DNA of 64,000 nucleotides from an uncultured Lawsonia sp. (GTDB lineage Bacteria; Desulfobacterota; Desulfovibrionia; Desulfovibrionales; Desulfovibrionaceae): NCBI GenBank assembly GCA_964369665.1, contig CAYJFS010000003.1, positions 180,081 to 244,080 of the forward strand, read 5' to 3'. Shown piece by piece: positions 58,602 to 64,000 of this stretch (position 1 is its first letter; each line of letters starts with the position of its first letter). The notes under the pieces were generated by a model. It saw only the letters and a program-made list of their open reading frames with translations, ran no database searches and was not told where the DNA came from. The position numbers and the translations under genes were made by a program.

Positions 58602-61600
58602 TTACTTATCAAATAGTGAACATTGATAAATACTCTTTTGTGTCTGTTGAACAAGCTGACTTCGTTGGAACATACCAGTGAGACTTGATAAAAAACTAGA
58701 TGGCTCAAGTCTCAAGGTCTTCCCATAAAACATACGCTGTTTTGCATAACTAACAAAAACTGCCTCTGAAGCTCGTGTTATACCAACATAAAAAAGCCTT
58801 CTTTCTTCAGAAATAAGATTTGACGTATTCATATGTTTATCTTGAGCCCCTGATAAAAGATGTTTCATACTTATAAAAGGTACAAGCCCTTCTTCTAATC
58901 CAGGTAAAAATACAGCCTTAAATTCTAAGCCTTTTGAAGCATGTATTGTCATAATTTGTACATGCTCTGCCTGATGCTTTATAAGATCAAACTCTTGACG
59001 TAAACAAAGCCATTCTAATAAGCTACCCCAAGATCCATGTATTGAATAAGCTTGAACAAGGGCTTTAAATTCCTTTGTTTCACGAAAAAGAGCATCAAAA
59101 GGTGGAACAGGCTCTAACCATGATAATAATACAGAAGGACCACCATTCCAAACATGACTAGCAATAGAAGAAGGATCTGGCACTGTTTGCACACCAAAAG
59201 GTTTACCCAGCTTCCTACCAGCAAGACCTAATAATAAAGCAACTCTATGCTCTTTCCAAAAAGGTTCTTCTTCTGGAACAACACATGGTATACAAAAACG
59301 CTCTAAAGACTCTTGAATAGGCTGAATAATACTTTTTACTCTAACAAGTATTGCAATATCTCCTGGACTACATGTGCCTGCTAAACAATGTGCATCACTT
59401 TGTACAGCTGCATCCATAAATGTATGCGATGTAGCTCCAATAAGCCGTGCTATATTATTTGCAATCCAAGATGCTTCACGTCGATGATCTGGAGCTGAAA
59501 AAAGACGTAATAAAGCTTTTTTTTGACGTGTCGAAATAAGACTTTTGCTTTTCATTGCTGAGCCAAGGACTGCAGTAGCTGATGAAGTAATTTCTGCAGC
59601 AGCCCGATGACCTTCTGCAATACCTATTATTTCCAAATGAGACCAATTTTTAGTAAATAGTGAAGCAACATCAGGATGTGCACCTCTAAAACTGTAAATA
59701 GCTTGATCTGGATCACCAATACCAAAAAATCCTGATCCAGAACTTGGAACCAACTGCTTAATCAAAGCAACTTGTAATGAAGAAAGATCTTGTATTTCAT
59801 CCACTAAAACAGCTTTCCATTGATGCTTTATATTGCCTGCTTGCAATGCATACAGCCACTGTTCTAGTAAGTCGCTGTAATCTGCCATATTATGAATATC
59901 TTTATATTGACGATAACATTCAAGCATAGGGATATAGGCCTGCTCAGGCAATGCTTCTGCAGGCACTTGTTTTTCTCTAGCTAACATTAACATATTCCAA
60001 GCTGTTCTAAGCTTTTGATGATCAAGGTTTTCATTTGCTTTAATAAAAACCATTTGTGCAGCCTCTTCAGAAAGAATCTGAGGCTGCTCTTTAAATGTAA
60101 ACTTAGGCCAATGTGCTAAAGCCAATGCATGCAATGTATCTACATAAGGAAAGTGAACATCTAAAGAATGTTGAACTCGTGACTTAAGCTCTTCTGCAGC
60201 TCTTCTACTAAATGTTACAACAAGAATATCTTGTGGATTAATCTTTTGGCTTAAAAGATAGGAGAGTCTTCCAATTAGTGTATGTGTTTTCCCTGAACCT
60301 GGACCTGCAAAAACAAGAATAGGATGAGGACCTGCTCTAATTGCTTGTTGCTGTGATACTGTATACAAAAGCTTCAATGATGTTGGTATATCTTTATTTG
60401 TTGACCCTAAAAAATTTTGTTGTATACACTGATTTGTAACTAAAGCATTTTGAGCAACACTTTTTTCTTGTCTCATAGGCATAAAACCTGTTGATTCAAA
60501 AAGTGGCATTACTGTATATACTTGCTCAGGTTTCTTATCATATTTTTTTTTATTACTTGTATTGCTGATACCAAAACTTCTGCCACTTTTTGCCCTTAAA
60601 AGGACTCTTTCAGCTTCATCAAAAACTCGAATAACGCCATATTCACCATCATAACCACCTTCACGTATAACTTGACCACAACGCATTCGTGCAATTGCCT
60701 CACCAAGTAAATCCCAATGTTGACGTAAATCTCCCTCTGGTACTACATGCAAAATATCTAATTCTGCACCAAATTTCTGAATTAATGAATAATAATTTTC
60801 TAAAACTTTTTTACTTTTTGAGCCAACACAAAGCAGTTCTCCTAAAATTTCTGTAAGTGGGATAAATGGATAAAATGGAGGTGCCCCTTTAGGTCTTTTA
60901 GGCTCTGTTCTATCTGCAAGTTCAAGAACTCGGTGTAATACCCCAATAGTAAGAGGCCTAGAACAATGAGGACAAATATTCCCTAATCTTAGAGAATCTC
61001 GAGGTTCAAGGACTACCCCACAAGCACGATGCCCATCTAAATAATATTTCCCTTCATCTGGGAAAAATTCAACTGTACCTACATAACGAACACTATCTGT
61101 ATCTATGGCAGTACCTGATGCAGAACGACGCAATGCATCAAAAATACCATAATATGAGGGTAGTCCTGTAAAAAGATTGGCTTCTCGACCTAAATTTTCA
61201 CCTGAATGTGCATCTGAGTTGGAAATTAATGCACAGTGATCCAAATGACTCCAAAGTCTATTCATATCTGGATCAGAAGAAAGACCTGTTTCTAAAGCAA
61301 ATATATGTGAAGTTAAGTCTTCAAAACATTCATTGAGACTATTGAATCCTGATTTTGAACCAAAAACAGAAAACCATGGTGTCCAAATATGTGCAGGAAT
61401 TAAAACAGCTCTCTCATCAACCTCTAATACAATTTCTAATAAATTTCGACTATCTAAGCCAAGTATAGGTCTACCATCTGAATGCAAATTACCTATAATT
61501 TCAAGTTTACGAGCTAATCTTTCTGTACTCTCAAAATTAGGCATACATACAATATTATGCACTTTGCGCACAGCTCCATTTTTTTTATAAATAGAACTGA

Positions 61601-61922
61601 TTTCTCCTTGAAGAATAAATAATGGCTCTGGACTTGTTCCAGGTAAATCTAACTCAGGTATTTGAGTATTAAAAAATGTTTTATCCCATTTTTTAAGCTT
61701 ATACAGTCCAGAATGCTCATCATACACAAGTGCATCTTGTAATTCTTTTCTCCATAAAGGGTGTGTAATATCCCCTGTTGCAACAACAGATATGCCCTTG
61801 ACTAAACTCCATGCTGCCAAATGTGGTACGGTAAGTTTTTTACTTGTTGCTCGAGAATAACGAGAATGTATATGTAAATCTGCACGAAAAATACCCATAG
61901 AAACGCCAACAGCTCCACTCAA
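58602..61922 (-). CDS. fusion protein: N-terminal Endonuclease-Q-like PHP nuclease with Zn ribbon (aa ~13-435) + C-terminal UvrD-type SF1 helicase (aa ~517-1106)
   Basis: N-terminal half: ADLHIHSRYSRATS, ATGDITHPLW, IPAHIWTPW, ETGLSSDPDM, SNSDAHS..NLGREAN, GKYYLDGHRAC...CPHC...GVLHRVLELAD and GGYDGEYGVIRV all parallel the P. furiosus EndoQ sequence as I recall it. C-terminal half: Walker A AGPGSGKT, motif II VDEIQD, GDPDQAIYSFRGA, HASKGLEF and YVGITRA. It is one uninterrupted 1106-codon frame. Confidence 0.8.
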   Translation of the reverse strand: MSGAVGVSMGIFRADLHIHSRYSRATSKKLTVPHLAAWSLVKGISVVATGDITHPLWRKELQDALVYDEHSGLYKLKKWDKTFFNTQIPELDLPGTSPEPLFILQGEISSIYKKNGAVRKVHNIVCMPNFESTERLARKLEIIGNLHSDGRPILGLDSRNLLEIVLEVDERAVLIPAHIWTPWFSVFGSKSGFNSLNECFEDLTSHIFALETGLSSDPDMNRLWSHLDHCALISNSDAHSGENLGREANLFTGLPSYYGIFDALRRSASGTAIDTDSVRYVGTVEFFPDEGKYYLDGHRACGVVLEPRDSLRLGNICPHCSRPLTIGVLHRVLELADRTEPKRPKGAPPFYPFIPLTEILGELLCVGSKSKKVLENYYSLIQKFGAELDILHVVPEGDLRQHWDLLGEAIARMRCGQVIREGGYDGEYGVIRVFDEAERVLLRAKSGRSFGISNTSNKKKYDKKPEQVYTVMPLFESTGFMPMRQEKSVAQNALVTNQCIQQNFLGSTNKDIPTSLKLLYTVSQQQAIRAGPHPILVFAGPGSGKTHTLIGRLSYLLSQKINPQDILVVTFSRRAAEELKSRVQHSLDVHFPYVDTLHALALAHWPKFTFKEQPQILSEEAAQMVFIKANENLDHQKLRTAWNMLMLAREKQVPAEALPEQAYIPMLECYRQYKDIHNMADYSDLLEQWLYALQAGNIKHQWKAVLVDEIQDLSSLQVALIKQLVPSSGSGFFGIGDPDQAIYSFRGAHPDVASLFTKNWSHLEIIGIAEGHRAAAEITSSATAVLGSAMKSKSLISTRQKKALLRLFSAPDHRREASWIANNIARLIGATSHTFMDAAVQSDAHCLAGTCSPGDIAILVRVKSIIQPIQESLERFCIPCVVPEEEPFWKEHRVALLLGLAGRKLGKPFGVQTVPDPSSIASHVWNGGPSVLLSWLEPVPPFDALFRETKEFKALVQAYSIHGSWGSLLEWLCLRQEFDLIKHQAEHVQIMTIHASKGLEFKAVFLPGLEEGLVPFISMKHLLSGAQDKHMNTSNLISEERRLFYVGITRASEAVFVSYAKQRMFYGKTLRLEPSSFLSSLTGMFQRSQLVQQTQKSIYQCSLFDK

Positions 61923-61978
61923 TAAATACTATTTTTTCTTTTTAAAAACTATTACAATACATAAACTATGGTATTGTT

Positions 61979-64000
61979 TTAATCTAAAACCATACGTGCC
62001 CAAAATGCTTGCCCTAAACTGATTCCACCATCTCCAAAAGGAACATTTATATGCATAAGTGGAATAAGACCTCGTTGACGTAAAGCTTCAGGTAAAAGTA
62101 TTGCTATTGTTTTGTTATATAAAACACCACCTGCTATAACAACCGTTTTAATCCCTGTTCGACATGCTCCAGCTAAAGCAAGCTCTGCAAGGCCTTCTAC
62201 AATAGACAAATGAAACTGCCTAGCTAATACATGCTTAGAAACATTTTGTTGGTGTAACAGAAAAAGTTGAAGAATAAATTCTTTTGTGTTTAGTTCAAGA
62301 AGACTATTATGCTCTTCTAAGGGAAAGTCAATATTTTCTACACAATGTAAATCTTGGTAATGTTCAAGGCGAATTGCTGCCTGCCCTTCATATGTACTAT
62401 ACTCACATAATCCAAGTAAAGCAGACACAAGATCAAATAGTCGCCCACAACTTGATGTTTCTAATCCATTACCACTATGAACAAGTTCAGCTATTGCAGT
62501 ATGTGTATCTAACCGTTGTGGATCAACAGTACCCCATAACTGTTCTGCAACATGAGAAAACATTATACATTCTGGCAAGGCAAGAAAACCACTCACTAAA
62601 CGCCATGGTTCCTTAATAGCTTTACTACCTCCAGGAAGAGGAAACGTACCAATTCTTCCTATACGAGTGCCCTGTTTTGTATGCTCATCTTTAGCTTTTT
62701 TAGGATGAATATGTAACAACTCTCCACCCCAAACCGTACCATCTGGACCATATCCAGTACCATCTATAGCTAAAACCAATGCCTCATCTATATAATTATG
62801 CTCTGCAAGAACACTATATCCATGGGCAAAATGATGTTGCATTCGTAATATTGGAAGCCCTAAATCAAGAGCATGTCTTGTTGAAAAATAGTCTGGATGT
62901 AAATCACATACAACATACTCTGGATCTATATGTAATAAACCTCTAAGAGAATCAATACATTTGCTAAAAAACACCTCGCCTCTAGGTGTTTGTATCTCAC
63001 CAATATGCTGGCTTAAAAAAACATCTTTTCCACGTGTTAAGCTTATTGTATTTTTTAGCTCTGCACCTAAAGCTAAGACACATGGCCCTGTTATTTTCAA
63101 TGCATCTATACTTATAGGTAATGGCGTATACCCCCGTGCACGTCGAACAACTTGTCGAATAACAGCACTTTTCTCATGAAATGAATCTATTATCTGGATA
63201 ACACTATCATCTAAAGGATTAATAATATCCCTATTATGTAATAAAAATACATCAGCAATCTCTTCCAAAAGATCAACTACATCTAGATTATCATAAACAA
63301 TAGGCTCTCCATGAATATTTCCTGAAGTCATTATTAATGCAGGTAATACATCTTTTGATTCAGCAATCAACACAATTTTATTTAATAAAAGTTGATGAAG
63401 TGGTGTGTATGGTAACATAATACCTATACTCGAAGAGTCTGGAGAGACCTCAGGTAAAACACCTGGTATAGACTCCAAAATAACTATTGGTGCAGAAGGT
63501 GACAAAAGCTCTTTCTCAGCTTCCTGGCTAACTATAGCCAATTTCCGTGCTACATCTATATTAGGTACCATAACTGCTAATGGCTTATGTGGCCGATGCT
63601 TTCGATGACGCAGCTTAATAACAGCTTTACTAGAAAAAGCATTACATGCTAAATGAAATCCCCCAATACCTTTAATGGCTAGAACTTTTTCTTCATACAA
63701 AACAAGACTAGCCTTATGTATTGCATCATATCCACTTGCAAGCTCTTTCCCCATTCTATCATTAAGCCAAATATTTGGTCCACAAACAGAACAAGCATTT
63801 GGTTGAGCATGAAAACGTCTATCCAGAGGGTCATTATATTCTTTATTGCATTTAGAACACATAGTAAAACAAGCCATACTTGTTCTACTGCGATCATATG
63901 GTACATTGGAAATAATACTATACCTTGGTCCACAAGCTGTACAATTTGTAAAAGGATATCTATACCGACGATTAGTTACATCAAATACTTCTTGTTTACA
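61979..64000 (-). CDS. hypF: [NiFe]-hydrogenase maturation carbamoyltransferase HypF (5' end beyond the window end)
   Basis: The frame stays open from 63877 to base 64000 (CKQEVFDVTNRRYRYPFTNCTACGPRYSII...MCSKCNKEYNDPLDRRFHAQPNACSVCGP is the twin zinc-finger region). A YrdC-like domain and a Kae1-like domain follow. The N-terminal acylphosphatase domain is outside the window. Confidence 0.9.
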   Translation of the reverse strand, partial: CKQEVFDVTNRRYRYPFTNCTACGPRYSIISNVPYDRSRTSMACFTMCSKCNKEYNDPLDRRFHAQPNACSVCGPNIWLNDRMGKELASGYDAIHKASLVLYEEKVLAIKGIGGFHLACNAFSSKAVIKLRHRKHRPHKPLAVMVPNIDVARKLAIVSQEAEKELLSPSAPIVILESIPGVLPEVSPDSSSIGIMLPYTPLHQLLLNKIVLIAESKDVLPALIMTSGNIHGEPIVYDNLDVVDLLEEIADVFLLHNRDIINPLDDSVIQIIDSFHEKSAVIRQVVRRARGYTPLPISIDALKITGPCVLALGAELKNTISLTRGKDVFLSQHIGEIQTPRGEVFFSKCIDSLRGLLHIDPEYVVCDLHPDYFSTRHALDLGLPILRMQHHFAHGYSVLAEHNYIDEALVLAIDGTGYGPDGTVWGGELLHIHPKKAKDEHTKQGTRIGRIGTFPLPGGSKAIKEPWRLVSGFLALPECIMFSHVAEQLWGTVDPQRLDTHTAIAELVHSGNGLETSSCGRLFDLVSALLGLCEYSTYEGQAAIRLEHYQDLHCVENIDFPLEEHNSLLELNTKEFILQLFLLHQQNVSKHVLARQFHLSIVEGLAELALAGACRTGIKTVVIAGGVLYNKTIAILLPEALRQRGLIPLMHINVPFGDGGISLGQAFWARMVLD

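Noticed and set aside
1-64000. Scan for CRISPR arrays, rRNA genes, IS elements, integrases or prophage blocks, and known defence-system gene sets.
   Set aside because: I saw no regularly spaced direct repeats, no rRNA-like GC-rich conserved segments, and no transposase, integrase or phage structural ORFs. The CI-like and CII-like genes stand alone. The many nested or antisense ORFs of 60-170 aa in the track (for example 144..359, 16240..16583, 22047..22501, 42335..43561, 62284..62616) lie inside strong CDSs and were treated as spurious.

Overview
The window is strongly AT-rich, gene-dense bacterial chromosome with unusually long AT-rich intergenic spacers of 0.5-0.8 kb. Gene content looks delta-proteobacterial and Desulfovibrionaceae-like. 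From memory of the protein sequences it most resembles the obligate intracellular Lawsonia intracellularis lineage; this is an unverified inference. I could support about 50 protein genes, mostly housekeeping. They include argG-argH, bfr, glmS, menE-menB plus a thioesterase, ahcY, uvrD/pcrA, thiL, hflKC, rimO, rdgB and rlmN. Also present are waaA-ddl, dnaJ, rpoZ, pepA, tamAB, tolQRAB-pal, rbr plus a rubredoxin-like gene, a GT9 heptosyltransferase, uvrC, maf, asnS, dedA and a partial hypF. There are two tRNA-Pro genes. I saw no rRNA, CRISPR array, transposase or integrase. Five items seem most worth a second look. (1) A 1106-aa ORF fuses an Endonuclease-Q-like PHP/Zn-ribbon nuclease to a UvrD-type SF1 helicase. 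(2) An autotransporter sits alone between two ~0.8 kb non-coding spacers; it has about 8 HAF-type passenger repeats and a locally GC-rich Pro/Gly linker with formin-FH1-like PPPPLPG motifs and in-frame direct repeats. (3) A near-consensus sigma-54 promoter with an upstream palindrome precedes a small TPR gene, and an orphan sigma-54 activator lies elsewhere in the window. (4) A short nucleosidase gene just after glmS is bracketed exactly by a 15/16 inverted repeat. (5) Phage-type CI-like and CII(186)-like regulators are present without any prophage, the first directly after hflKC. All functional calls rest on motif and sequence recognition by eye; no database search was run.
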